Source of the DNA: an uncultured Clostridia bacterium
GTDB lineage: Bacteria > Bacillota > Clostridia > Christensenellales > Aristaeellaceae
Reading direction: 5' to 3'
NCBI GenBank assembly: GCA_937907055.1
Contig: CALCTW010000042.1
Span: 1 to 21,288 of the forward strand
Length of the DNA: 21,288 nt
The notes under the pieces are model-generated. The model saw only the letters and a program-made list of their open reading frames with translations. It was not told the DNA's origin and searched no databases. Of the stretch, positions 1 to 8,501 are shown in pieces. The first letter of the stretch is position 1. Every line of letters starts with the position of its first letter. The translations under genes were made by a program, and so were the position numbers.

Positions 1-867
1 CTCGTCGATATCGGTCCAAAAGCCGGACGTTATGGTGGTCATGTCGTTTATGCAGGTCCGACCGATCAAATCGGCAGTGTTCGCGATTCATTGACGGTTG
101 ATTATCTGCTCGGCAGAAAACAAATCGAGGTTCCGCAGTCGCGCCGCACGCCCGATAATGGCTGGATTAAGATTCGGAATGCGCGCCAGAACAACCTCAA
201 AAATGTCGATGTCGATATTCCGCTCGGATGCGTCGTCTGCGTTACGGGCGTAAGCGGTTCCGGCAAATCGACGCTTGCCAAGCTGCTCAATGCGCTGTAC
301 GTGCCCTCCAAGGGGCGCGTTTTGGTCTGCGGCATGGACACGCAGGACGAGGACAAGCTGTGGGACATCCGCCAGCAGGCGGGCATGATCTTCCAGAACC
401 CTGACAACCAGATCGTTGCCACGGTCGTGCGCGAGGACGTTGCCTTCGGCCTGGAGAACATGGGCGTTCCCCACGACGACATGGTTCGCCGCGTGGACGC
501 CGCCCTCGAGACTGTTCACATGACCGACTACGCCCAGAGCGCCCCGCACATGCTCTCCGGCGGTCAGAAGCAGCGTGTCGCCATCGTGCGCGCCCTGTGC
601 ATGGATCCCGATGTCATGCTCTTTGACGAACCCACCAGCGCGCTGGATCCCGAAATGGTCGGCGAAGTGCTGGATGTTATGAAGGAACTGGCGATGGCCG
701 GCATGACCATGGTGGTGGTCACACATGAGATGGGCTTTGCCCGTGAAGTGTCCAACCGCGTCTTCTTCCTGGATGACGGTGTTATCCGCGAGGAGGGCAC
801 TCCCACCGAGATCTTCGGCAATCCCAAGACCGAGCGCCTGCAGACCTTCCTGGCCAAGGTGCTTTGA
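1..867 (+). CDS. ABC-type ATPase, 5' end off-window; mosaic of UvrA-like, EcfA/CbiO-like and polar-amino-acid (GlnQ/HisP-type) segments
   Basis: Frame 1 is open from nt 1; the track ORF 91..867 is only its TTG-started part. First ~92 aa ([51 protein letters not shown]) resemble the UvrA linker plus its second Walker A. The next ~100 aa ([55 protein letters not shown]) are EcfA-like. The last ~95 aa ([49 protein letters not shown]) are GlnQ/HisP-like. TGA at 865-867. Confidence 0.6.
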   Translation, partial: LVDIGPKAGRYGGHVVYAGPTDQIGSVRDSLTVDYLLGRKQIEVPQSRRTPDNGWIKIRNARQNNLKNVDVDIPLGCVVCVTGVSGSGKSTLAKLLNALYVPSKGRVLVCGMDTQDEDKLWDIRQQAGMIFQNPDNQIVATVVREDVAFGLENMGVPHDDMVRRVDAALETVHMTDYAQSAPHMLSGGQKQRVAIVRALCMDPDVMLFDEPTSALDPEMVGEVLDVMKELAMAGMTMVVVTHEMGFAREVSNRVFFLDDGVIREEGTPTEIFGNPKTERLQTFLAKVL

Positions 868-874
868 GTCCTTA

Positions 875-903
875 AACCCGGTACGGCAAGTGCCGGGTTT
901 TGT
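875..903 (+). terminator. Rho-independent terminator after the ABC ATPase ORF
   Basis: AACCCGGTAC (875-884) pairs with GTGCCGGGTT (890-899): 10 bp including one G-U, with loop GGCAA, running into TTTTGT. Confidence 0.75.
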
Positions 904-941
904 ATATCCCCCGATCGGATCAAGAAAGACGATTATGCGTT

Positions 942-1781
942 ATGAGTAAGGAATTGACCCCCTGCCAGAAGGCAGAAAGAAGTATCATCACCACCTACCG
1001 CAAACAGCTGTGGACGCCGTTCATCCATGCCATCAAGGATTATCAGCTGATCCGGGAGGGCGACCGGATCGCGGTCTGCATCTCCGGCGGCAAGGACAGT
1101 ATGCTGCTGGCCAAGCTCATGCAGGAACTGCAGCGCCGCAGCGATTTCCCTTTTCAGGTGGTCTATCTGGTGATGGATCCGGGCTATAATGCCCGGAATC
1201 GCGAGCGGATAGAGCAAAACGCCGCGCTGCTTCAGATCCCTGTCCATATTTTTGAGACAGATATCTTTTCCGTCGCCTCGGATCAGGAAAAGAACCCCTG
1301 CTACCTCTGCGCCCGCATGCGCCGGGGGCATCTGTACAGCAAGGCGCGGGAACTGGGCTGCAATAAGATCGCGCTGGGCCATCATTTCAGCGATGTCATC
1401 GAGACCACGGTGATGGGCATGTTCTGGGGCGCGCAGCTGCAGGCCATGCTGCCCAAATTGAAGTCTGTCAATTATCCGGGCATGGAACTGATCCGTCCGC
1501 TTTACATGGTGCATGAGGAGGATATCATCCGCTGGCGCAATTATAACGGGCTGGAGTTTTTACAGTGCGCCTGTAAGATGACCGAAACGGCTGCCCGGGA
1601 CGAGGAAGCCTCCAAGCGTCGGGAGACCAAGAATCTCATCCGTCACCTTCGGGAGACCAATCCCGATATCGAAAAACGCATTTTCAGCGCCATCCATTCT
1701 GTCAATCTGGATACCTTTCCGGGTTACAAGACCGGGGGAGAGGAGCATTCCTTTCTGGAGCATTATGATGACGCGCCTTAA
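942..1781 (+). CDS. ttcA: PP-loop ATPase of the TtcA (tRNA 2-thiocytidine) family
   Basis: SGGKDS PP-loop (IAVCISGGKDSMLL), CYLCARMRRGHLY (the CxxC-RxRRG motif typical of TtcA), and C-terminal Cys pair LQCACK. I chose ATG 942 because the track start TTG 900 lies inside the upstream terminator. No strong SD before 942. TAA at 1779-1781. Confidence 0.75.
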   Translation: MSKELTPCQKAERSIITTYRKQLWTPFIHAIKDYQLIREGDRIAVCISGGKDSMLLAKLMQELQRRSDFPFQVVYLVMDPGYNARNRERIEQNAALLQIPVHIFETDIFSVASDQEKNPCYLCARMRRGHLYSKARELGCNKIALGHHFSDVIETTVMGMFWGAQLQAMLPKLKSVNYPGMELIRPLYMVHEEDIIRWRNYNGLEFLQCACKMTETAARDEEASKRRETKNLIRHLRETNPDIEKRIFSAIHSVNLDTFPGYKTGGEEHSFLEHYDDAP

Positions 1782-1799
1782 AGCCGTCTTTTTCCTTAC

Positions 1800-1840
1800 G
1801 CCTTCCGCGCGCTTTGCCGCCGGAGGGCTTTTCTTTTTGT
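1800..1840 (+). terminator. Rho-independent terminator after the ttcA-like gene
   Basis: GCCTTCCG (1800-1807) pairs with CGGAGGGC (1821-1828), including one G-U, followed by TTTTCTTTTTGT. Confidence 0.7.
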
Positions 1841-1898
1841 CTGATGTTTTACGGTTGTTTTTACGGCGGCTTTCATGCCCGCGTTTCTCTTTATGTGA

Positions 1899-1934
1899 TG
1901 AATAATTATAAAATATTAATGTATAATATGCATT
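1899..1934. promoter_or_regulatory. AT-rich ARG-box-like dyads (putative ArgR/AhrC operator) upstream of argF
   Basis: TGAATAATTATAAAATATT (1899-1917) is followed by the imperfect 17-bp palindrome AATGTATAATATGCATT (1918-1934; 7 of 8 arm pairs symmetric). Both resemble the TGAAT-A/T-rich-ATTCA ARG-box pattern and sit 30-65 nt upstream of the predicted -35 of an arginine-biosynthesis gene. Confidence 0.4.
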
Positions 1935-1963
1935 GTTTATTTACTGTACGCGCCTGAAAGGGG

Positions 1964-1991
1964 TTGACAAGCGTAACTTTATGCATATAAT
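1964..1991 (+). promoter_or_regulatory. Sigma-70/SigA-type promoter for argF
   Basis: Consensus -35 TTGACA (1964-1969), 16-nt spacer, consensus -10 TATAAT (1986-1991), about 60 nt upstream of the argF ATG. Confidence 0.65.
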
Positions 1992-2050
1992 AGAAGAATG
2001 ATGCCCGGGAGGGAACGCGGCATCCGAATTATGATCCGGGAGAGTGTATT

Positions 2051-3034
2051 ATGCTGAAGAACCGTCATTTCCTTACCCTGCTCGATTTTACCCCCGATGA
2101 GATCCGTGAGTTCCTCGCCCTCGCGAAGGAATTGAAATATAAGAAAAAGAACGGCATTCCGCACCGTATGTGCGAAGGCAAGAATGTCGCGCTCATTTTT
2201 GAAAAAACATCCACCCGCACCCGCTGCGCCTTTGAGGTCGCCGCGGCGGATCTGGGCATGCATCCCGTCTATCTCGATCCCAAGTCCAGCCAGATCGGCA
2301 AGAAGGAGTCCATCGCGGATACCGCCCGTGTGCTGGGCCGCATGTTTGACGGCATCGAGTACCGCGGCTTCGGTCAGGAGATCGTGGAAGCGCTGGCCAA
2401 GTATGCCGGTGTCCCTGTCTGGAACGGCCTTACCAACGAATATCATCCTACGCAGATCCTGGCGGATATGCTGACAGTCGAAGAGCATTTCGGCTCTCTT
2501 GAGGGCATCAAGTTCGTCTATATGGGCGATGCCCGCTACAACATGGGCAATTCTCTCATGATCGGCTGCGCCAAGCTGGGCATGCATTTCGTTGCCTGCT
2601 CTCCCAAAAAGTATTTCCCCAACGCGGAACTGATCGCCAAGTGCGAAGCCATCGCGAAGGAGACCGGCGCCACACTCGAATTCAATGAGGATCCGGCCGA
2701 TGCCGTCAAGGGCGCGCATGTTATCTATACCGATGTGTGGGTCTCCATGGGTGAGCCGGATGAGATCTGGGCGGAGCGTATCCACGATCTCAAGCCCTAT
2801 CAGGTCAATCAGCAGCTGATGACCATCGCCGGCCCCCAGTGCCGCTTCATGCACTGCCTCCCCGCCTTCCACGATCTGGGCACTCAGGTCGGCCGTGAGG
2901 TGAACGAGAAGTTCGGCATGTCCGCGCTGGAGGTGACGGATGAAGTGTTCGAGGGTGAACAGTCCATCGTCTTCGATGAGGCGGAGAATCGTCTGCATAC
3001 CATCAAGGCCGTCATGGCCGCCACATTGGCATAA
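2051..3034 (+). CDS. argF: Ornithine carbamoyltransferase
   Basis: Carbamoyl-phosphate motif STRTR, HPTQ, ornithine motif DVWVSMG and HCLPAFHD. Length 327 aa. SD-like GGGAGAG about 8 nt upstream. TAA stop. Confidence 0.92.
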   Translation: MLKNRHFLTLLDFTPDEIREFLALAKELKYKKKNGIPHRMCEGKNVALIFEKTSTRTRCAFEVAAADLGMHPVYLDPKSSQIGKKESIADTARVLGRMFDGIEYRGFGQEIVEALAKYAGVPVWNGLTNEYHPTQILADMLTVEEHFGSLEGIKFVYMGDARYNMGNSLMIGCAKLGMHFVACSPKKYFPNAELIAKCEAIAKETGATLEFNEDPADAVKGAHVIYTDVWVSMGEPDEIWAERIHDLKPYQVNQQLMTIAGPQCRFMHCLPAFHDLGTQVGREVNEKFGMSALEVTDEVFEGEQSIVFDEAENRLHTIKAVMAATLA

Positions 3035-3043
3035 ATATCCTTT

Positions 3044-3077
3044 ACACCGCACTGCGTCAACGGTGCGGTGTTTCTTA
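3044..3077 (+). terminator. Rho-independent terminator after argF
   Basis: Perfect 9-bp stem ACACCGCAC (3044-3052) / GTGCGGTGT (3063-3071), followed by TTCTT. Confidence 0.7.
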
Positions 3078-3150
3078 AGAAGATACGGTTGCCGGCCGGC
3101 AGCCTTATCGATAGATCAGGAAGACCACGAAAAAGTCAGGAAGGTTAGTT

Positions 3151-4221
3151 ATGAAAAAAGGGTATCTTGTACTCAGTAACGGACTGGTTTTTGAGGGAGA
3201 GAGGATCGGCGCCGAACAGGCGGCGATCGGTGAACTGGTCTTCACCACCGGTATGGTCGGCTATCTGGAAACGCTGACCGATCCGAGCTACGCGGGGCAG
3301 ATCGTCATGCAGACATTCCCGCTGATCGGAAATTACGGCGTGATCGAGCCCGATTTTGAAGGCAAGCCCGCGCTGAAGGGCTATGTCGTGCGCGAACTGT
3401 GCGACACTCCTTCCAATTTCCGCTCGGAATATGAGCTTGACCGCTATCTTAAGGAACAGGGCATCCCGGGCCTTTGCAATGTGGATACCCGTCAGATCAC
3501 CCGCATCATCCGCGAGGAGGGCGTGATGAATGCTGTGATCTGTGATGAGATCCCCGAAGATCTGACCGCTGTGAAGGAATTTGCCGTGAAGGGCGTTGTG
3601 AAGGCCGTCAGCTGCGCCGAAAAGCATGTAATTCCTGCCGCGGGTGAGAAAAAATACAATGTCACGCTGATCGATTACGGCGCCAAGAACAATATCCCCG
3701 GCTGTCTCAGCCACCGCGGCTGCGAGGTGACCGTGGTGCCCCAGTCCACGACGGCGGAGGAGATCCTCGCCGCTCATCCGGACGGCATCATGCTTTCCAA
3801 CGGCCCCGGCGATCCGGCTGAAAATACCTTCTGCATCGAGCAGATCCGCAAACTGATCGGCAAGGTGCCGGTATTCGGCATCTGCCTTGGCCATCAGCTG
3901 ACCGCGCTGGCCATGGGCGGCAGGACCATCAAGCTCAAGTACGGTCACCGCGGCGCCAATCAGCCGGTAAAGGAATGCAAGGGCGTACGCACCTTCATCA
4001 CCTCTCAGAATCACGGCTACGCCGTTGTGGCGGAAAGCCTGAACGGTGTGGGTGAGCAGCTTTACATCAACGCCAATGATCAAAGCTGCGAGGGCATGGA
4101 ATATCCGGGCAAGCGCTGCTTCACCGTGCAGTTCCACCCCGAAGCCTGCGCGGGCCCGCAGGATACCGAGTTTTTATTTGACCGCTTTATTGCCATGATG
4201 GGAGGTGCCGGGAATGCCTAA
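3151..4221 (+). CDS. carA: Carbamoyl-phosphate synthase small (glutaminase) subunit
   Basis: Class-I amidotransferase nucleophile GICLGHQ and the His/Glu pair in VQFHPEA. N-terminal CPSase small-chain domain. SD AGGAAGG (3138-3144). TAA stop at 4219-4221 overlaps the carB start. Confidence 0.92.
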   Translation: MKKGYLVLSNGLVFEGERIGAEQAAIGELVFTTGMVGYLETLTDPSYAGQIVMQTFPLIGNYGVIEPDFEGKPALKGYVVRELCDTPSNFRSEYELDRYLKEQGIPGLCNVDTRQITRIIREEGVMNAVICDEIPEDLTAVKEFAVKGVVKAVSCAEKHVIPAAGEKKYNVTLIDYGAKNNIPGCLSHRGCEVTVVPQSTTAEEILAAHPDGIMLSNGPGDPAENTFCIEQIRKLIGKVPVFGICLGHQLTALAMGGRTIKLKYGHRGANQPVKECKGVRTFITSQNHGYAVVAESLNGVGEQLYINANDQSCEGMEYPGKRCFTVQFHPEACAGPQDTEFLFDRFIAMMGGAGNA

Positions 4222-7200
4222 GGATCAATCGATTCGCAAAGTTCTGGTCATCGGCAGCGGCCCGATCGTCATCGGTCAGGCGGCTGAGTTCGACTATGCC
4301 GGCGCGCAGGCGTGCCGCGTGCTGCGTGATGAGGGCATCAATGTTGTCCTTGTCAATTCCAACCCTGCCACCATCATGACCGATAAGCATCTGGCGGATG
4401 AGATCTATTTAGAGCCGCTCAATGCCGAAACGGTCGCCCGTATCATCGAAAAAGAACGCCCGGACAGCCTTCTGGCCGGTCTCGGCGGTCAGACGGGCCT
4501 CACCATCGCCATGCAGCTGAGCAAGATGGGCGTGCTGGACAAGTACGGCGTGCGTCTGCTGGGCAGCGATGTGGCCGCCATCGAAAAAGCAGAAGACCGC
4601 GAGCTGTTCCGTGACACCATGAAGTCCATCGGTCAGCCCTGCGTGCCCAGCGAGATCGCCGAGGATATGGAGACCGCGCTGCGCGCCGCGAAGGAGATCG
4701 GATATCCCGTCATCGTGCGTCCGGCCTTCACGCTGGGCGGTTCCGGCGGCGGTATTGCCGAAAATGAAGACGAAATGAAGATCATTGCCAAGACCGGCCT
4801 TGATCTTTCTCCCATTACGCAGATCCTCGTTGAAAAGTGCATCTCCGGCTGGAAGGAGATCGAGTTTGAGACCATGCGCGACGGTGTGGGCAATGTCATC
4901 GCCGTCTGCTCCATGGAAAATTTCGATCCCGTGGGTATCCACACGGGCGATTCCATCGTCACCGCCCCCGCGCTGACCCTTTCCAACAAGGAATATCAGA
5001 TGCTGCGTACTGCCTCGCTGGATATGATCAGCGCGCTGGGCATCGTGGGCGGCTGCAACTGCCAGTTTGCCCTCAATCCTGATAGTTTTGAATACGCTGT
5101 TATCGAGGTCAACCCCCGTGTCAGCCGTTCTTCCGCGCTGGCTTCCAAGGCCACCGGTTATCCCATCGCCAAGATCACCACGCGCATCGCCCTCGGCTAT
5201 ACGCTGGATGAGATCCGCAACGATATCACGGGCAAGACCTGCGCCTGCTTTGAGCCCACGCTGGATTATGTGGTGTGCAAGTTCCCCAAGTGGCCGTTTG
5301 AAAAGTTCTTCGGCTCCTCCCGCAAGCTGGGCACGCAGATGAAGGCGACCGGCGAAGTCATGGCCATCGGCCAGAGCTTCGAGTGCGCCCTGATGAAGGC
5401 CGTGCGCGGCGCGGAGATCTCGCTGGACACCCTGAACGCCAAGCCTGTCAGCGATCTTTCTCTGGAGGAGCGGCTGCACATTCCGGATGACCGCCGCCTG
5501 TTCACGGTGTTTGAGGCCATCAAGGCGGGCGTCACGCTGGAGCATATCCATGATGTCACGAAGATCGACCTGTGGTATCTTGCCAAGTTAAAGAACCTGG
5601 CGGATTTTGAAGCCCGTCTGGCCGCGGAGCCCATGACGGATGAACTGTATAAGCAGGCCAAGAAGCTGGGCTATCCCGACAAGGCCATCGCGAGGCTGGC
5701 GGATGTGGCGGAATCCACCCTGCCCGGCTGCGAATTCAGCTATAAGATGGTCGATACCTGCGGCGCTGAGTTCGATGCCGAGACCCCGTATTTCTATTCC
5801 TCCACCGATGAGTGGTGTGAGAGCCGTCATCTGCCGCGCAGCGGCAAGCCGGTCGTCATGGTTCTGGGCAGCGGCCCCATCCGCATCGGTCAGGGTATCG
5901 AGTTCGATTACTCCTCCGTTCACTGCGTGTGGACCCTGCGGGAAATGGGCTATGATGTCGTGATCGTGAACAACAACCCCGAGACCGTTTCCACCGACTA
6001 TGATACGGCGGACCGCCTGTATTTTGAGCCGCTCTCTCCCGAGGATGTCATGAACATCATCAAGGTGGAAAAGCCCATCGGCGTTGTGGTGGCCTTCGGC
6101 GGACAGACCGCCATCAAGCTCACCCAGTTCCTCGATCAGAACGGCATCCGCATTCTGGGCACCAGCGCGGAATCCATCGATGTGGCGGAGGACCGCTCCC
6201 GCTTCGATGCCCTGCTTGAAAACTACGGCATTTCCCGTCCCAAGGGCTCCAGCGTGACCACCATGGAGGAAGCGCTGTCGGCGGCGGAGCGTCTGGGCTA
6301 TCCCGTGCTGCTGCGTCCGTCCTATGTCATCGGCGGTCAGAACATGACCATCAGCCGCAATCCTCAGATGACGGAGGATTATATGCGCCGCATTCTGGCG
6401 GGCGGTATCGAGAACCCCGTTCTGGTGGATAAGTACATGTCTGGTATCGAACTGGAGGTGGATGTTATCTCCGACGGCAAGGATGTGCTCATCCCCGGTA
6501 TTATGGAGCATATCGAGCGCGCCGGTGTGCACAGCGGAGACTCTATCGCCGTTTATCCTCCCTACAACCTCAACGATAAATTCCTGAACAAGATCTGTGA
6601 CCGCAGCGAGAAGCTTGCGCTCGCGCTGGGTACGCAGGGCCTTGTCAATATCCAGTACCTCATCTACGATGACGAGCTTTATGTCATCGAGGTCAATCCC
6701 CGCGCCTCCCGTACCGTGCCGTACATCAGCAAGGTGACGGGTGTGCCCATGGTGGATCTGGCCAGCAAGGTGATGCTGGGCAGCAGCCTGACCGAACTGG
6801 GCTACGGAACCGGGCTTTACCGCACGCCGCCGTACTGCGCGGTCAAGGTGCCTGTCTTCAGCTTTGAAAAGCTGAACGATGTCAACTCCATTCTGGGCCC
6901 GGAAATGAAATCCACGGGCGAGGTGCTGGGTCTGGGCAAGAGCATGGCGGAAGCCCTGTTCAAGGGCCTGACGGCAGCCGGTTTCTCTGTCGAGCGTATC
7001 CAGCACGGCAAGAACGGCATCTTCCTCAGCGTGGATGAGAACGATTATCAGGAAGTGGTCTCGCTGGGCAAGCGCTTCCACGATCTGGGCATCCGCCTGT
7101 ATGCCACCACCGGCACGGCGAAGTCCATCGCTTCTCTGGGGATCGATGTGATCGATGTGCCCAACCTGACCAAGAATAATACCATTCTGGAGCTCATGGA

Positions 7201-8251
7201 GCAGGGCAAGATCAACTACATCATCTACACCGGCGCTGTGCAGGACCGCACGGTGGGCGACTTCCGCAAGCTCCATCAGCGCGCCATGCAGCTGTCCATC
7301 CCGTGCCTCACCTCGCTGGATACGGCCTCCGCGCTGGCGGATATCATTGAAAGCCGCTTCACCATCGAGAATACCGAGCTGGTGGATATCAATGCCATGC
7401 GTCCCTGGCGGCAGAAGATCCACTTCGCCAAGATGCATTCCTGCGGTAACGATTATATCTTCATCGAGAACTTCGACGGCAAGATCACCTGCCCCGAATC
7501 CCTGTGTGTCAGCCTGTGCGCGCAGCATTACGGCATCGGCGGCGACGGGATCGTGCTGATCGAAAAGAGCAGTGTGGCGGATTGCCGTATGCGCTCCTTC
7601 AACAAGGACGGCAGCGAAGGCAAGATGGCCGGCAATAACCTGCGCTGCGTGGGCAAATATCTGTACGATAAGGGCTATGTGCGCAGCGAATACCTCTCCA
7701 TCGAGACCGCCAGCGGTGTCCACCGCATCCGCCTGTTCCTGAGGGACGGCAAGGTGAGCAGCGTGGCTGTCGATATGGGCAAGGCTACGCTGAGCGCCGC
7801 GGCGCTTCCGGCGGATGTGCCGTTTGAATCCCTGGTGGATTATCCCCTGAATGTGGCCGGTCAGGAATGGCCTGTGACCTGCGTGGGTGTGGGCAACCCG
7901 CACTGCGTGGTCTTCTGCGATGCTATCGATGGTCTGGATCTGCAGCAGATCGGACCGCAGTTTGAATACGCGCCGGTCTTCCCGCAGCGCATCAACACCG
8001 AATTCGTGCGTGTCATCAACCGCACCTCCCTGCGTATGCGCGTATGGGAACGCGGAAACGGCGAAACGCTGGCCTGCGGCCCCGGTGCCTGCGCGGCGGT
8101 CGTGGCCGCCACGGTGAAGGGCTATGTGGAAAAGGGCCGCGATATCACGGTCAGGCTGCTGGGCGGCGATCTGACTGTAAACTACACCGATGAACGCGTC
8201 ATGCTGACCGGCAGCGCCGTCATGGTGTTTGAAGGCGAATTTGAATACTGA
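4214..8251 (+). CDS. carB: Carbamoyl-phosphate synthase large subunit fused in frame to a C-terminal DapF-like (diaminopimelate epimerase fold) domain
   Basis: ATG 4214 is preceded by GGAGGTG (4201-4207) and overlaps the carA stop (ATGCCTAA). About 1061 aa of canonical CarB: two ATP-grasp halves, an oligomerisation region, and an MGS-like allosteric domain ending ..LDTASALADIIESRF. The frame then continues with no stop into ~280 aa that align end to end with DapF (FAKMHSCGNDYIFI .. GNPHCVVF .. RVWERGNGETLACGPGACAA). TGA at 8249-8251. Confidence 0.85.
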   Translation: MPKDQSIRKVLVIGSGPIVIGQAAEFDYAGAQACRVLRDEGINVVLVNSNPATIMTDKHLADEIYLEPLNAETVARIIEKERPDSLLAGLGGQTGLTIAMQLSKMGVLDKYGVRLLGSDVAAIEKAEDRELFRDTMKSIGQPCVPSEIAEDMETALRAAKEIGYPVIVRPAFTLGGSGGGIAENEDEMKIIAKTGLDLSPITQILVEKCISGWKEIEFETMRDGVGNVIAVCSMENFDPVGIHTGDSIVTAPALTLSNKEYQMLRTASLDMISALGIVGGCNCQFALNPDSFEYAVIEVNPRVSRSSALASKATGYPIAKITTRIALGYTLDEIRNDITGKTCACFEPTLDYVVCKFPKWPFEKFFGSSRKLGTQMKATGEVMAIGQSFECALMKAVRGAEISLDTLNAKPVSDLSLEERLHIPDDRRLFTVFEAIKAGVTLEHIHDVTKIDLWYLAKLKNLADFEARLAAEPMTDELYKQAKKLGYPDKAIARLADVAESTLPGCEFSYKMVDTCGAEFDAETPYFYSSTDEWCESRHLPRSGKPVVMVLGSGPIRIGQGIEFDYSSVHCVWTLREMGYDVVIVNNNPETVSTDYDTADRLYFEPLSPEDVMNIIKVEKPIGVVVAFGGQTAIKLTQFLDQNGIRILGTSAESIDVAEDRSRFDALLENYGISRPKGSSVTTMEEALSAAERLGYPVLLRPSYVIGGQNMTISRNPQMTEDYMRRILAGGIENPVLVDKYMSGIELEVDVISDGKDVLIPGIMEHIERAGVHSGDSIAVYPPYNLNDKFLNKICDRSEKLALALGTQGLVNIQYLIYDDELYVIEVNPRASRTVPYISKVTGVPMVDLASKVMLGSSLTELGYGTGLYRTPPYCAVKVPVFSFEKLNDVNSILGPEMKSTGEVLGLGKSMAEALFKGLTAAGFSVERIQHGKNGIFLSVDENDYQEVVSLGKRFHDLGIRLYATTGTAKSIASLGIDVIDVPNLTKNNTILELMEQGKINYIIYTGAVQDRTVGDFRKLHQRAMQLSIPCLTSLDTASALADIIESRFTIENTELVDINAMRPWRQKIHFAKMHSCGNDYIFIENFDGKITCPESLCVSLCAQHYGIGGDGIVLIEKSSVADCRMRSFNKDGSEGKMAGNNLRCVGKYLYDKGYVRSEYLSIETASGVHRIRLFLRDGKVSSVAVDMGKATLSAAALPADVPFESLVDYPLNVAGQEWPVTCVGVGNPHCVVFCDAIDGLDLQQIGPQFEYAPVFPQRINTEFVRVINRTSLRMRVWERGNGETLACGPGACAAVVAATVKGYVEKGRDITVRLLGGDLTVNYTDERVMLTGSAVMVFEGEFEY
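7397..8251 (+). other. DapF-like domain portion of the carB ORF (in-frame ATG 7397 could be the ancestral or an internal dapF start)
   Basis: MRPWRQKIHFAKMHSCGNDY matches the usual DapF N-terminus (M..F.KMHG.GNDF). A weak SD-like GGTGGA lies about 10 nt upstream of ATG 7397. The first catalytic Cys position is Ala (GCC, 7628-7630). The second Cys is present (TGC, 8075-8077). Confidence 0.7.
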
Positions 8252-8267
8252 TCCCCGTTTTTTTCAG

Positions 8268-8303
8268 GGCATGCTTTCCCATGCGGAAGGCATGCCTTTT
8301 TGT
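8268..8303 (+). terminator. Strong rho-independent terminator after carB-dapF
   Basis: GGCATGCTTTCC (8268-8279) pairs with GGAAGGCATGCC (8285-8296): 12 bp including one G-U, with loop CATGC, followed by TTTTTGTG. Confidence 0.85.
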
Positions 8304-8386
8304 GTGCTGTTCCCGTGTTTTCAGCGCGCGGGAGGAAGATGATCGGTTTATGCGATTATTGTGTATGTTTATTCTGTGTTTATCCC

Positions 8387-8415
8387 TTGAAATCACTTGA
8401 AGGTTAACATAAAAT
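8387..8415 (+). promoter_or_regulatory. Promoter for the ABC exporter operon
   Basis: -35 TTGAAA (8387-8392), 17-nt spacer, -10 TAAAAT (8410-8415). The ~80-nt leader contains the hairpin AAGCCCTC-GCG-GAGGGCTT (8440-8458). Confidence 0.55.
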
Positions 8416-8501
8416 GACTTTGTATGCTTTTTTGAGATCAAGCCCTCGCGGAGGGCTTAAACGCGACGTTTTTGGGGAGAAACGCCGTTGAAAGGAAAAA
8501 T

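Noticed and set aside
900-941. TTG 900 as the start of the ttcA-like gene
   Set aside because: The codon lies inside the T-tract of the upstream terminator hairpin. Homologues of this family begin a few residues before the region starting at ATG 942.
1979-4137. 357-aa and 330-aa minus-strand ORFs antisense to argF and carA
   Set aside because: These are shadow ORFs opposite confidently identified enzymes. Their composition is not protein-like.
5588-7903. 771-aa minus-strand ORF antisense to carB
   Set aside because: This is a shadow ORF of a GC-rich gene. Its translation is low-complexity (rich in A, G, R, H and D) with no recognisable motif, while the plus-strand frame is unmistakably CarB.
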